This document shows, one piece after another, positions 26,897 through 37,810 of a stretch of DNA of 64,000 bases. The translations under genes were made by a program, and so were the position numbers. Under the pieces are notes generated by a model, which saw only the letters and a list, made by a program, of their open reading frames with translations, was not told where the DNA came from and ran no database searches. The DNA is from an uncultured delta proteobacterium (lineage in GTDB: Bacteria > Myxococcota > UBA727 > VGSZ01): contig CAVZJB010000017.1 in the NCBI GenBank assembly GCA_963775425.1, positions 256,001 to 320,000 of the forward strand, in the 5' to 3' direction. Each line of letters opens with the position of its first letter. Position 1 is the first letter of the stretch.

Positions 26897-29800
26897 ATGA
26901 AGCGCAAGCTGCTCCTCGGACTCGGCGTCGTCGTCGCGCTCCTCGTCGTCATCGTGGTCGCGGGCTTCGTGCTCATCAACCCGCAGAAGCTCGTCGCCGA
27001 AAAGAAGGACGACGTCCTCAAGCAGGTGTCGGCGAAGATCGGCCGGCAGGTCACCGCCGGCGACGTCACGGCCCACGTCGGCGGCGCGCTCACGGCGCGC
27101 ATCGCCAACGTGCAGATCGCCGGCGCCGACGCGAGCAAGAAGCCGCAGCTCGAGATGGGCGCGCTCGACATGCGCTTCTCGCTCCTGCACGCGCTCCTCA
27201 CGTTCGGAAAGGACCTCTACGTCGAGCGCTTCGACGTCCAGGGCCTCACCGTGCGGGCCGCGCGCGACGCCGAGGGGAGCTGGGACTTCCAGGACATCCT
27301 CGATCACCTGTCCTCCGGCGACGACGCCGCGGCCGAAAAGAGCGAGGGCGCGCCCGCGTTCCTCAAGGGCCTGCGCATCGCGAGCGCCCGCATCGAAGAC
27401 GGGCGCGTCGAGCTCGACGACAAGATGCTCGGCCGCCCGCTCGCCGTCGGCGCGCTCGCCGTCACCACGTCCGACGTCGAGCTCGGCAAGCCCCTCTCGG
27501 TCAAGCTCGCCTGCACGCTGGAGGACGGCGCCCGCAAGAGCCCCGTCGCCGTCTCCGCGAGCCTCGCGGTGCTGCCCGGGGATTTGTCGTTCAATCCCCT
27601 GCCCGACGTCTCCGTGAAGGCCAACCTCACGGACGTCGACCTCGGCCCCTGGGGCGGCCTCGCGCCGGCGGACGCGCCCGCGCCCGTCGCGGGCTCGCTC
27701 CGCGCGGCCCTCGACATCGCCGCCAAGGACGACGCCAAAAAGCTCGTCGTCGACGGCACGCTGTACGCGCGCGGCCTCGTCCTGCGCGACGCCGTCTCCG
27801 CCGCCGCCAGCGCCGCCGACAAGGCCTCCGCCCCCCGCGGCACCGCCCTCGACGCCGACGTCAACATCGCGCTCGACGTCGACCAGCAGGCGCCGCGCTA
27901 CTCCATCAAGCGGCTCACCCTGAAGGGCAACGGCCTGGACCTCAACGCAACCCTCGACGCCAAGGGCGCGTCGCTGGCCGCGCTCGACAAGGCGGACGTG
28001 CAGGCCTCCGCGCAGGACCTCGGGCGCGTGCTCGGGGTGTTGCCCCCGTCGCTGCGCGGGCTCCCCGAGGCCGTTCGCATCGAGGGTCCGCTCAAGGCCA
28101 AGCTCAAGAGCGACGGCGCCGACATCGACGCCTCCCTGGACCTCGACGGCGCCCGCGTCCGCTACATGGACGTCCCCGACGACGGCCCGGCGTCCCTGGC
28201 CACCGACGCGCTCTTTGACAAGCCGGCGTCGAAGGCGCTGAACGTCACGCTCCACGGCACGCGCGGCGGCAAGTCGCTCGACGTCGACCGCTTCGCCCTC
28301 GTCGTCGACAAGGCGAAGATCGGCGGCACGCTCTCGCTGCCCACCGACAAGAGCGCGCCGCTCGTCGCCGACATCAACAGCGGCCCTGTGGACCTCGCGT
28401 CGCTCCAGGACCTGGTGCCGCCCTTCAAGGCGGCCATCGGCCGCGGCCAGCGCGTGGCCGGCACCGCGGAGGTGAAGGTGAAGGCCTCGAGCCAGGGCGG
28501 CAAGCAACAGGCGGACGCGGCGGTGGAGCTCAAGAGCCTCGACGTCAACCTCGCCTCGACGATGGTGCGCGGCGGCGGCTCGGTGACGCTCAAGGCCGTC
28601 CCCGGCGCGGACGGCGTCGCGATCACCGCGGGGGCCAACCTCGACGCCTTGAGCGTGCAGAAGCACGGTGATGGCGGCGCCCTCGTCGTCAACAAGCCCT
28701 CGGGCCTCCCGCTGCGCCTCGACGTCGAGGCCAAGAAGGGAACGAACCGCGCCGACGTGCAAAAGGTGTTGCTCGCTATCGGCAAGAGCACCATCCAGGG
28801 ACACGGCAGCGTCAGCGCGCTCGACAAGGACACCCCCGTCCTCGACGTCGACCTCGGCGACGTCTCCCTCGGCTTCGACGACCTGCGCGCCGCCGTCCCG
28901 GGCGCGTCCAAGCTGCCGGCGGGCGGGCGCCTCACGGGCAAGCTCAAGCTCGGCGGCGGCACCTCTGCCAAGACCCTCGTCGTCGACGCCAAGAACATCA
29001 GCGCCACCTTCGGCCACAGCCGCATCGCCGGCGACGTGCGCGTGAAGGACCTCTCCGCCCCCGTCCTCGAGGTGAAGCTGCCGACGCTCGACGTGGCGTT
29101 CGACGACGTGCGGCCGCTGTCGGCGTCGGCGGCGGACCTGCCGGCGGGCGGGCGCTTCTCGGGGAGCCTGACCATGAGCGGTGACACGGCCCGGTCGTCG
29201 TCGGTGAAGGCGCACGTCAAGATCGACACGCTCGTCGCCGCCGGGAGCGACATGAGGGGCGACGTCGACATCCAGGACCTCGACAAGCCGCGCTTCGACC
29301 TCACGGTGACGTCGAGCAACCTCGACGTCGACAAGCTGCGCGACAGCTTCGGCGGCTCCGACGACGGCAAGCCCACGAAGCGGTCGGCCAAGGACAAGAA
29401 CAAGCACGGCCTCTCCCGGGAGACGCGCGCCATGCTGCGCGACGTGAACGGCAAGGGCTCCGTCACCGCGCGGCACGCGGTGGTGAAGGGCTTCCCCCTC
29501 GAGAACTTCAAGGGCGCGCTCGTCATGACCCGCGGCGTGGTGCGCTTCGACGCGCTCGACTTCGGCCTGTATGACGGCAAGGTCAGCGCCGCGGGCTCCA
29601 CCGTGGACCTGCCCGCGGAGCGGCTCGGTTACGACCTCAAGCTCAAGGGTGACAACATCGACTTCGGCTCGGCCGTGGCGTCGCAGACGGGGCTCGGCCA
29701 CGTCTTCTCGGGGCGCCTGTCACCCGACGTCGCCGTGACGGGCCGCGGCATCGCCGCGGGTGACTTCGCGCTGTCGGCGGAGGGGCCGGCGGGGCTCACG

Positions 29801-30385
29801 TTCAAGTCGCTGTCGCTGTCGTCGCTCGATCTGCTGTCGGCCATCACCGACGCGGTGAAGCGGACCGGCAAGGTCCCGGGGATGAAGGCGGCGTCGGCGT
29901 CGGACAAGGGCGTCGAGCTCCAGAGCTTCAAGGCCGCCACGCAATTCCTCGGGGGCAGGCTCAAGCTGCAAAGGCCCGTCGAGACCGAGAGCGGGCTCGG
30001 CAAGATCACCTGGACCGGCGCCGCCGGCCTCGACGCCGGCCTCGACCTCGGCGCCACGGTGAACCTCACGCCGCAGACCATCAGGAAGATGACCGGCGGG
30101 AAGCTCACGCCCAGGAGCGCGGTGCCGGTGCCGCTCAAGATCGGCGGCACGTGGGATCACCCGCGCGTCACGGGCGTCGACGTCGGCAAGCTCGTCGGCG
30201 CGCTCCTCGGCAGCGTCGCCGGCGGCGTCGTCGACGACATCAAGGACGACGCCAAGAAGTCCGGCACGCAGGCGGCCAAGGACCTCGCGGGCGACGCGCT
30301 CAAGGCGGCCACCGGCGACAAGAAGAAGAAGAAGTCCACCACCGACAAGGCCGTGGACGCCGCCAAGAAGCTCTTCGGCCACTGA
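26897..30385 (+). CDS. AsmA-family protein
   Basis: N-terminal TM anchor, IGRQVT, WDFQDI, long beta-strand repeats, LYDGKV, VPLKIGGTWDHPRV. Confidence 0.82.
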   Translation: MKRKLLLGLGVVVALLVVIVVAGFVLINPQKLVAEKKDDVLKQVSAKIGRQVTAGDVTAHVGGALTARIANVQIAGADASKKPQLEMGALDMRFSLLHALLTFGKDLYVERFDVQGLTVRAARDAEGSWDFQDILDHLSSGDDAAAEKSEGAPAFLKGLRIASARIEDGRVELDDKMLGRPLAVGALAVTTSDVELGKPLSVKLACTLEDGARKSPVAVSASLAVLPGDLSFNPLPDVSVKANLTDVDLGPWGGLAPADAPAPVAGSLRAALDIAAKDDAKKLVVDGTLYARGLVLRDAVSAAASAADKASAPRGTALDADVNIALDVDQQAPRYSIKRLTLKGNGLDLNATLDAKGASLAALDKADVQASAQDLGRVLGVLPPSLRGLPEAVRIEGPLKAKLKSDGADIDASLDLDGARVRYMDVPDDGPASLATDALFDKPASKALNVTLHGTRGGKSLDVDRFALVVDKAKIGGTLSLPTDKSAPLVADINSGPVDLASLQDLVPPFKAAIGRGQRVAGTAEVKVKASSQGGKQQADAAVELKSLDVNLASTMVRGGGSVTLKAVPGADGVAITAGANLDALSVQKHGDGGALVVNKPSGLPLRLDVEAKKGTNRADVQKVLLAIGKSTIQGHGSVSALDKDTPVLDVDLGDVSLGFDDLRAAVPGASKLPAGGRLTGKLKLGGGTSAKTLVVDAKNISATFGHSRIAGDVRVKDLSAPVLEVKLPTLDVAFDDVRPLSASAADLPAGGRFSGSLTMSGDTARSSSVKAHVKIDTLVAAGSDMRGDVDIQDLDKPRFDLTVTSSNLDVDKLRDSFGGSDDGKPTKRSAKDKNKHGLSRETRAMLRDVNGKGSVTARHAVVKGFPLENFKGALVMTRGVVRFDALDFGLYDGKVSAAGSTVDLPAERLGYDLKLKGDNIDFGSAVASQTGLGHVFSGRLSPDVAVTGRGIAAGDFALSAEGPAGLTFKSLSLSSLDLLSAITDAVKRTGKVPGMKAASASDKGVELQSFKAATQFLGGRLKLQRPVETESGLGKITWTGAAGLDAGLDLGATVNLTPQTIRKMTGGKLTPRSAVPVPLKIGGTWDHPRVTGVDVGKLVGALLGSVAGGVVDDIKDDAKKSGTQAAKDLAGDALKAATGDKKKKKSTTDKAVDAAKKLFGH

Positions 30386-30423
30386 GGCTGGCCCGATGGA
30401 CGGCGGAGCGGAAAGGAGCTCCG

Positions 30424-30570
30424 GCGGTGGCGACGTTGTCTCGCCTTCGCTGATTCCGAGCGCCCAAGCTGAAGACCCGTGGGCGCCCGATTACGAGCCC
30501 GCGGATGCTCCTGACGCTGTGGCTGTACGCGATAGGCCAAGGGATGGGGCGCCGGGGAGATCGCGCCACC
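30424..30570 (+). pseudogene. Decayed IS1182-family transposase fragment
   Basis: Reading from 30454 gives FRAPKLKTRGRPITSPRMLLTLWLYAIGQGMG, then a frameshifted AGEIA; resembles the IS1182 N-terminal GRP..dPRxLL.LWLYA..GvgSareIa; in-frame stop upstream. Confidence 0.7.
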
Positions 30571-30606
30571 TCGGCCGCGCGGGGCCGGCGATCGCCGCAA
30601 GCACCT

Positions 30607-31086
30607 TCAGACGTACGTGAACACGGCCGGGTAGTGCGGGATCGTCATCGCGCGCGCCTTCTCCACGTCGTCGGGCGTGGGGTGCACGAGCACGACGGGG
30701 CACTTCAGGTGCTTCACCAACGCGCCCGCGGTGCTGCCGAACGGCACGTCGACGGCGCTGCGCTTGGAGTGGCTGGCGATGATGGCGAGGTCGCAGTCAC
30801 GGCTGGCGATGGCGATGGGCAACACCTCCGAGGGACGCCCGTCGAGCACGAGCGCCTCCACCTCGACGCCCGCCTCGAGCAGGGGCTTCTTGAACGCCTC
30901 GAGTTTGTCGGCCACCGTCTCCGCCTGCGGCAAGAGCCCGAGCTTTGCCTGGCACGACAACAGCACGACGCGAGCCTTCGTCGACGACGCCATCGCCTGC
31001 GCGATGTCCCGCTGCCGCACCGCCGCCGGCGGCGCGTCGACGTAGCGTTGCAGGGCGACGGGGAGGGCGATCACGCGGTAGATCAT
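30607..31086 (-). CDS. Universal stress protein
   Basis: GRPSEVL..DLAIIASH..FGSTAGALVKHLKCPVVLV. Confidence 0.85.
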   Translation of the reverse strand: MIYRVIALPVALQRYVDAPPAAVRQRDIAQAMASSTKARVVLLSCQAKLGLLPQAETVADKLEAFKKPLLEAGVEVEALVLDGRPSEVLPIAIASRDCDLAIIASHSKRSAVDVPFGSTAGALVKHLKCPVVLVHPTPDDVEKARAMTIPHYPAVFTYV

Positions 31087-31140
31087 GCGACACCCTAGCT
31101 TCGTTCGGCGCCGCGCGCAGCGCTCTGTTCGGCACCGACG

Positions 31141-31842
31141 TCAGCGCCGCAGACGGTCGGGCCGGCGCGCGTCCTTGAGCGGCGCGCGGGTGACGTCGCG
31201 GACGGCGTCGACGAAGGCGTCGCGGGCCGCTTCGAGCGCGTGCAACGGGCCCTTGAGGAACGCGCCGCCGAAGTTCGTCTCGGACGGCGGCGGGATGTGC
31301 TTGGCGAGGTCGACGTCGGCGGCCTTCAGCGCGGCGTCGACGGCGACCACGCTCTCGAGCGGCGGCGCGATCAGGTACGCCATGGGCTCGCCCGCCGCGA
31401 TGCCGGCCTCCTTGGACAGGTACGTGCCGGTCTCGGTGACGACGTGCGCGAGGAACGCAGGAGCTTCGTCGGCGCCGACCGCGCCTTCGGCGAAGGTCTG
31501 GAACCGCACGACGCGCAGGTGCTCGCGCAGCGCCCAGAGCGCCTCTGCGACGTGGTCCGGGTGCGCGCCCGCCACGATGCCGAGGATCTCCCCGGACAGC
31601 GGCCCCGACGCGTGCTTGCTCCCGGCGTAGAAGCTCCGCGCGAAAACGACGTCGACGGCGGCGAACTTGGTGGCGTGGTCGAGCGCCACGTACATCGCGT
31701 CGTCCTGGTCGCAGGTCAGCAGGCCCGCGCTCTTGTGGCGCTCGGGATCGAGCCCCAACGCCCGCGCGAGCTGCGCGTCGACCGCGTCAATTTGCCGGCA
31801 CGACAAGAGCGTCGGCCACAGGTCGACGAGCGCGTCGCTCAC
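31141..31842 (-). CDS. eutL: Ethanolamine utilisation BMC-T shell protein EutL
   Basis: DHATKFAAVDVVFARSFYAGSKH, GEILG, YLIAPPLE, PPSETNFGG; GTGA overlap with eutC. Confidence 0.9.
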   Translation of the reverse strand: MSDALVDLWPTLLSCRQIDAVDAQLARALGLDPERHKSAGLLTCDQDDAMYVALDHATKFAAVDVVFARSFYAGSKHASGPLSGEILGIVAGAHPDHVAEALWALREHLRVVRFQTFAEGAVGADEAPAFLAHVVTETGTYLSKEAGIAAGEPMAYLIAPPLESVVAVDAALKAADVDLAKHIPPPSETNFGGAFLKGPLHALEAARDAFVDAVRDVTRAPLKDARRPDRLRR

Positions 31843-32729
31843 GCCTGCGACCGCTTGGCGACGACGACCTGCGGCCGCACGAGGTGCAGGCCGCCGCCGC
31901 CGGCCTCGAAGCTGCGCTTCATGAGCCGCGCGCACTCGAGCGCGGCCTGCGCCGGCGGCATGCCGAGGCCGCGGACGTTGCTGATGCAGTTCTTCTCGGC
32001 GTTTTCCTGTCCGAGCCGCGGCTTGTATGCCGTGTAGATCGACAGGGAGTCGCCCGTGCCGAGGCCGGGGCGCTCGCCGACGAGGATGGCCGTGCTCTTG
32101 CTGCCGAGGAGCACGCCGATGTCATCGGCGACGCCGATGCGCGCGTGGCGCACGAACAGCGGCTTGCCCGTGCTGAGGCCCTGGGCCCTGAGCGCCTCGT
32201 CGAGCGCCGGCAGCAACACCGGCCCCTGGGTGAGCAGCGCGAGCGCGGCGAGGCCGTCGCCGGCGATGACCTGCACGTCGGCGCCCTTGGTGCCCTCGGC
32301 GAGCAGGCGCGCGCGGCTGTCGTCGTCGAGCCGGCGGCCGAGGTCGGGGTGCAGGAGGAACTCCGCGTGATCCTTGCAGCGGGTGCGCAGCGCGATGCAG
32401 CCGTGCTTGGCCGGCCAGTCCTCGGGCACCGATGAGTGCACGGCGTCGAGCGCGATGGCGTGCTCCGCGCGGAGCTGGATGTACGTCGACGTCAAATAGC
32501 GCGTGCCCGTGCGCCCCTGCACCACGCGCGCGGGCGTGGCCTCGACGATGCGCCTGGCCTCGAAGGGATCGCGCGGCCTCTGCGGCGGCGCGTCGCGGGG
32601 GACGCAGCCGTCGTCGCACGCGTCGGCGCCGGCGCCGGCGCGCTCGCGCGCTCGTTCACCGATGACGTCGAGCGCGAGGGACTCCCGCACCACCGCGCGC
32701 ACGATCTCCTCGAGGTCGCGCTTGTCCAT
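31839..32729 (-). CDS. eutC: Ethanolamine ammonia-lyase light chain
   Basis: TPARV..GRTG, HAIALDAV, PDLGRRL, DGL, GERPGL, NCISN. Confidence 0.93.
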   Translation of the reverse strand: MDKRDLEEIVRAVVRESLALDVIGERARERAGAGADACDDGCVPRDAPPQRPRDPFEARRIVEATPARVVQGRTGTRYLTSTYIQLRAEHAIALDAVHSSVPEDWPAKHGCIALRTRCKDHAEFLLHPDLGRRLDDDSRARLLAEGTKGADVQVIAGDGLAALALLTQGPVLLPALDEALRAQGLSTGKPLFVRHARIGVADDIGVLLGSKSTAILVGERPGLGTGDSLSIYTAYKPRLGQENAEKNCISNVRGLGMPPAQAALECARLMKRSFEAGGGGLHLVRPQVVVAKRSQA

Positions 32730-34108
32730 CAGGCGGCCCCCGCGCGCGTCGAAAAGATGGAGGCGTCGCCGGCCTTCTTGGTGAGCTTGCCGTTTCGCCA
32801 CAGCCCCATGGACTCGAGCCACTGTTCGAACTCGGGCGCGGGCCGAAGGCCGAGCACCTCGCGCAGCGCGGCGTTGTTGTGAAACGACGTGGTCTGGTAG
32901 TTGAGCATCACGTCGTCGCCCATGGGGATGCCCATCAGGTAGTTCACCCCGGCCATGCCGAGGAGCATCTCGAGGTTCTCCTGGTCGTTCTGGTCGGCCT
33001 CGGCGTGGTTGGTGTAGCAGGCGTCGCACCCCATCGGGATGCCCATGAGCTTGCCCATGAAGTGGTCCTCGAGGCCCGCGCGCGTGATCTGCTTGCCGGT
33101 GGCGAGGTACTCGGGGCCGATGAAGCCGACGACGCTGTTCAACAGGAACGGCTTGTAGCGCCGAGCGAGGCCGTAGGCGCGCGCCTCCATCGTGACCTGG
33201 TCGGTGCCGTGATGCGCGTTGGCGGACAGCGCGGTGCCCTGGCCGGTCTCGAAGTACATGACGTTCGCGCCCTGCGCCGTGCCTTCACGCCTGGTGAGGT
33301 CCCACGCCTCGTCGAGGAGCTTCACGCTGACGCCGAAGTTCTTGTTGGCGCCCTCGCTGCCGGCGATGGACTGGAACATGAGGTCGAGCGGCGCGCCGCG
33401 CTTCATGGCCTCCATCTGCACGGTGAGGTGCGCGAGCACGCAGTTTTGCGTGGGCACGCGGAACCTGCGCATCAACGCCTTGGTGGCCTTGAGGACGTCT
33501 GCGCACTTGTCGACGTCGTCGGTGCTGGGGTTGACGCCGATGACGGCGTCGCCGTTGCCGAAGCTGAGCCCGTCCTTCACCGCGGCGAGGACGCCCGTGG
33601 GGTCATCGAGCGGGTGATTGGGCTGCAGGCGCGACGAGATCCTGCCGGGGAGGCCGATGGTGTTGTTGCAGCGGGCGGTGACGCGGATCTTCTTGCCCGC
33701 CATGACCAGGTCCATGTTGGACATGAGCTTGGCCACCGCCGCCGCCATCTCCGGCGTGAGCCCCGGGGTCACCGAGCGGACGTCGTCGCCGCTGGTGCCG
33801 TCGTCGAGGATCCACTCGCGCAGCTCGGCCACGCTCCAGCCGCACACGCGCTTGTAGGCGCGCGCATCGAGGTCGTCCTCGACGACGCGCGTGACCTCGT
33901 CGAGCTCGTAGGGCACCGAGGGGTTTTCGCGCAGGTCCTTGAGGGTGAGCTCCGAGACCACGCGCTTCGCCGCGGCCATCTCGCGCATGGAGCGCGCCGC
34001 CAGCCCCGCCTGCTCGTCGCCGGAGCGGATCTCGTTGGCGCGCGCCAACGCCTCCTTCACCGACGAGAAGGAGTACGACTCCCCGAAGAGCGTCGTCGAG
34101 AGCTTCAC
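32729..34108 (-). CDS. eutB: Ethanolamine ammonia-lyase heavy chain
   Basis: RSGD, LTPEMAAAV, RLQPNHP, GDAVIGVNP, YFETGQG, CYTNH, NYQTTSFH. Confidence 0.96.
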   Translation of the reverse strand: MKLSTTLFGESYSFSSVKEALARANEIRSGDEQAGLAARSMREMAAAKRVVSELTLKDLRENPSVPYELDEVTRVVEDDLDARAYKRVCGWSVAELREWILDDGTSGDDVRSVTPGLTPEMAAAVAKLMSNMDLVMAGKKIRVTARCNNTIGLPGRISSRLQPNHPLDDPTGVLAAVKDGLSFGNGDAVIGVNPSTDDVDKCADVLKATKALMRRFRVPTQNCVLAHLTVQMEAMKRGAPLDLMFQSIAGSEGANKNFGVSVKLLDEAWDLTRREGTAQGANVMYFETGQGTALSANAHHGTDQVTMEARAYGLARRYKPFLLNSVVGFIGPEYLATGKQITRAGLEDHFMGKLMGIPMGCDACYTNHAEADQNDQENLEMLLGMAGVNYLMGIPMGDDVMLNYQTTSFHNNAALREVLGLRPAPEFEQWLESMGLWRNGKLTKKAGDASIFSTRAGAA

Positions 34109-34168
34109 GGCGGCGTTGTCGCGCGCCCTCTCGTCGACGTCAAGGAGCCCCGCGCGCCCGCCGCCCCC

Positions 34169-35212
<1,044 letters not shown>

Positions 35213-35388
35213 GGACTCACCTCGACGACGGACGGTAGGCGCCGCACGCGCGGCCCACCATTCCCCGGAACAGGGGGAGCGGCCGCCGGCGGCGTCCGGA
35301 CGCCGCGTGCACGCGTCAAACCGGCCCTGAGGGGGCATGGACAGGGCCCCCGCTTTGGGACCATTGTGCCGCGCGCGGAGGATCGCTG

Positions 35389-36336
35389 ATGGCCCAGACG
35401 CTCGCGGATCTACAGAGGGACCACGCCGTCGACGGCGCCGCCTGGGAGGCGGGCCCGGGCGGCCTGCCCATGCTCATGGTCCGCACCGAGCAGTGCGAGG
35501 CCCGCGTGTTCGCGCACGGCGCGCACGTCGCCGCCTGGACGCCGGCGGGGCAGCGGCCGGGGCTGCACCTGTCGCCCAGGAGCGCGTTCGACCCCAAAAA
35601 GGCCATCCGCGGCGGCATCCCCATCTGCTTTCCCTGGTTCGGCGGCTTCACCAAAGGCGCGGGCCCGCAGCCGGGAGACCCCGACGTGAAGCTCCCCTCG
35701 CACGGCTTCGTCCGCACGCGCACGTGGGACGTCGACGAGGTGAGCCTCGAGGACAACGGCCGCGTGCGCGTGCAGATGAGCACCCGCGACGACGACGGCA
35801 CCCGCGCGCTGTGGGACGCGCCCTTCGAGGCGGTGCTCACCGCCACCCTCGGGCAGACGCTCGGCGTCTCGCTCGAGGTGAAGAACACCGGCGCCGGCGA
35901 CCTCGAGATCGAAGAGGCGCTCCACAGCTACATCGAGGTCGGCGACGTCGAGCAGGTGAAGCTCCTCGGCCTCGAGGGCACCGAATACATCGACAAGGTC
36001 GACGACTTCAAAAGCAAGCACCACGGCCGCGACCCCGTCGCGCTCACCGCCGAGATGGACAGCGTGTTCCTCGGCACCAGGAGCGCCGTCACCTTGGTGG
36101 ACCCGCTCCTCGAGCGCCACGTGAAGATCGAAAAGACCGGCAGCGCGGCCACGGTGGTGTGGAACCCGTGGCTGGTGAAGGCGCAGGCCATGCCCGACGT
36201 CGGCGGCGACGCGTGGCGCAGCTTCGTCTGCGTCGAGGCGGCCAACGTGCGGCCGCAACACGTGAGCATCCCCGCGGGGGCCAGCCACGTGATGTCGACG
36301 AGGATCGTGGTCATCCCCCAAACCCGGCAATCGTGA
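35389..36336 (+). CDS. D-hexose-6-phosphate mutarotase (aldose 1-epimerase family)
   Basis: AIRGGIPICFPWFG, HGFVR, ALHSY, VVWNPW, FVCVEAA. Confidence 0.92.
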   Translation: MAQTLADLQRDHAVDGAAWEAGPGGLPMLMVRTEQCEARVFAHGAHVAAWTPAGQRPGLHLSPRSAFDPKKAIRGGIPICFPWFGGFTKGAGPQPGDPDVKLPSHGFVRTRTWDVDEVSLEDNGRVRVQMSTRDDDGTRALWDAPFEAVLTATLGQTLGVSLEVKNTGAGDLEIEEALHSYIEVGDVEQVKLLGLEGTEYIDKVDDFKSKHHGRDPVALTAEMDSVFLGTRSAVTLVDPLLERHVKIEKTGSAATVVWNPWLVKAQAMPDVGGDAWRSFVCVEAANVRPQHVSIPAGASHVMSTRIVVIPQTRQS

Positions 36337-36347
36337 AGGAGGTCGTT

Positions 36348-36602
36348 ATGTCCGACGAAGATCTCAAGGCGGAGCTCGAGCGTCTCAAGAAGGAAAACGA
36401 GGCGCTCAAGCAGCAGAGCAAGCAGAAGCCCGGCCAGTTCACCATGAAGGTGAGCGAGAAGGGTGCCGTCAGCGTCTACGGCCTCGGCCGCTTCCCCGTC
36501 ACGCTCTACCAGGAGCAGTGGGGCAAGCTGCTCGACCACGCCGACGAGATCCGCGAGTTCATCAAGGCCAACGAGGGCTCGTTGAAGAAGAAGGAAGCCT
36601 GA
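36348..36602 (+). CDS. Small protein, coiled coil plus possible PC4-like ssDNA-binding fold
   Basis: AAGGAGG RBS; KVSEKGAVSVYGLGRFPVTLYQEQWGKLL; the PC4 assignment is inference only. Confidence 0.75.
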   Translation: MSDEDLKAELERLKKENEALKQQSKQKPGQFTMKVSEKGAVSVYGLGRFPVTLYQEQWGKLLDHADEIREFIKANEGSLKKKEA

Positions 36603-36603
36603 C

Positions 36604-37803
36604 ATGCCCACGAAGAAGAAGCCCGCCGAGGAGCCCGCCCCCGCGCCGCAGCCGATGGCGGGGCAGGTCCCCCCGGGCGCCTTCCCGCAGCCGGGCTACC
36701 CGCCGGGACAGTTCCCGCCGGGGCAGTTCCCGCCGGGCGCGTACCCGCAGCAGCCGGGCGCGTTCCCCCCGGGACAGATGGCCGGTGGGTATCCGCAGGC
36801 GCAGATGGGCAACCCGATGTTCGCCTTGATGCAGATGATGCAGCAGGCGTCCATGATGGGCGGCTTCGGCGGCGGCTTCGGCGTCGACCCTTCCGCGATG
36901 CCGTTTTCGCAGCCGGTGTCGGCGCAGCCCGACGGCGACCCCGGGCTCGACGCCGCCATCATCCGGCCGGCGGCGCTCGACAACCGGGTGAAGACGCAGC
37001 GGGCGCTGAAGCTCGGCAACGTGCTCGACCTCATGTGCCTCACCGACGACGGACAGCACGCGCTCGGCGGCGTGCCCGAGGGTTGCACCATCGTGTTCGT
37101 CGGACCGCCGGGCATGGGCAAGACCCGCACGGCCCTGTGCTCGCTCGCGCGCGTCGCGCTCACGGGGAAGAAGTGCGCGTTCGTCGTCGCCGAAGAGGGC
37201 TTTCACGACGAGGAGGGCCGCGGCCGCGACGACCTGTGCTCGCGCCTCGTCAAGGTCGGCATGGCCGTCACCGGCCTCGACGAGCAGAAGCTCGCCGACA
37301 AGGTCTTGTCGAACATGTTCGTGCTCGAGGCGCAGTACCACAAGAGCGTCACGTGGGACGACTTCATCAAGAAGTACCGCTACCTCGTCGAGAAGGAGGG
37401 CATCTCCTTCGTGGTCATCGACTCGCTCAACATGATCGACCCGACCAAGAAGGGCACCGCCGACAACCTCTCCGCCCTCAAGACGTACAACCACGAAAAG
37501 GGCGTCACCTGCATCTGCATCGGGCAGATCAAGGACACCGGCGAGCCCGTGGGCGGCGAGGCGCTCCAGCACACCGCCGACGTCGTCTTCCTCCTCGAGG
37601 AGATGTCGCTGTCGTCCAAGGAGATGGCCGAGCTGTGGGGCGGCAAGTACCGCGACAAGATCTCGGTGTTGCAGGTGGTGAAGAGCGTCACCACGCCCAC
37701 GCTGCAGTGTCTCGTGCGCGTCGATCGCAAGGACGGCACGGGGGAGCTGTGCGTCCACGACCTGCAGCCCAAGGAGTACCCACTCCTGCAGCCCAAGTCG
37801 TGA
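36604..37803 (+). CDS. KaiC/RAD55-type RecA-fold ATPase with low-complexity N-terminus
   Basis: LGGVPEG, Walker A GPPGMGKT, AEE, Walker B FVVIDS, GGEALQHTADVVFLL, VVKS. Confidence 0.85.
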   Translation: MPTKKKPAEEPAPAPQPMAGQVPPGAFPQPGYPPGQFPPGQFPPGAYPQQPGAFPPGQMAGGYPQAQMGNPMFALMQMMQQASMMGGFGGGFGVDPSAMPFSQPVSAQPDGDPGLDAAIIRPAALDNRVKTQRALKLGNVLDLMCLTDDGQHALGGVPEGCTIVFVGPPGMGKTRTALCSLARVALTGKKCAFVVAEEGFHDEEGRGRDDLCSRLVKVGMAVTGLDEQKLADKVLSNMFVLEAQYHKSVTWDDFIKKYRYLVEKEGISFVVIDSLNMIDPTKKGTADNLSALKTYNHEKGVTCICIGQIKDTGEPVGGEALQHTADVVFLLEEMSLSSKEMAELWGGKYRDKISVLQVVKSVTTPTLQCLVRVDRKDGTGELCVHDLQPKEYPLLQPKS

Positions 37804-37810
37804 GCGGCCG

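Noticed and set aside
36604-37803. Circadian KaiC, RecA or RadA/Sms
   Set aside because: Single ATPase domain, no kaiA/kaiB, no RecA signature, no RadA Zn finger or Lon domain
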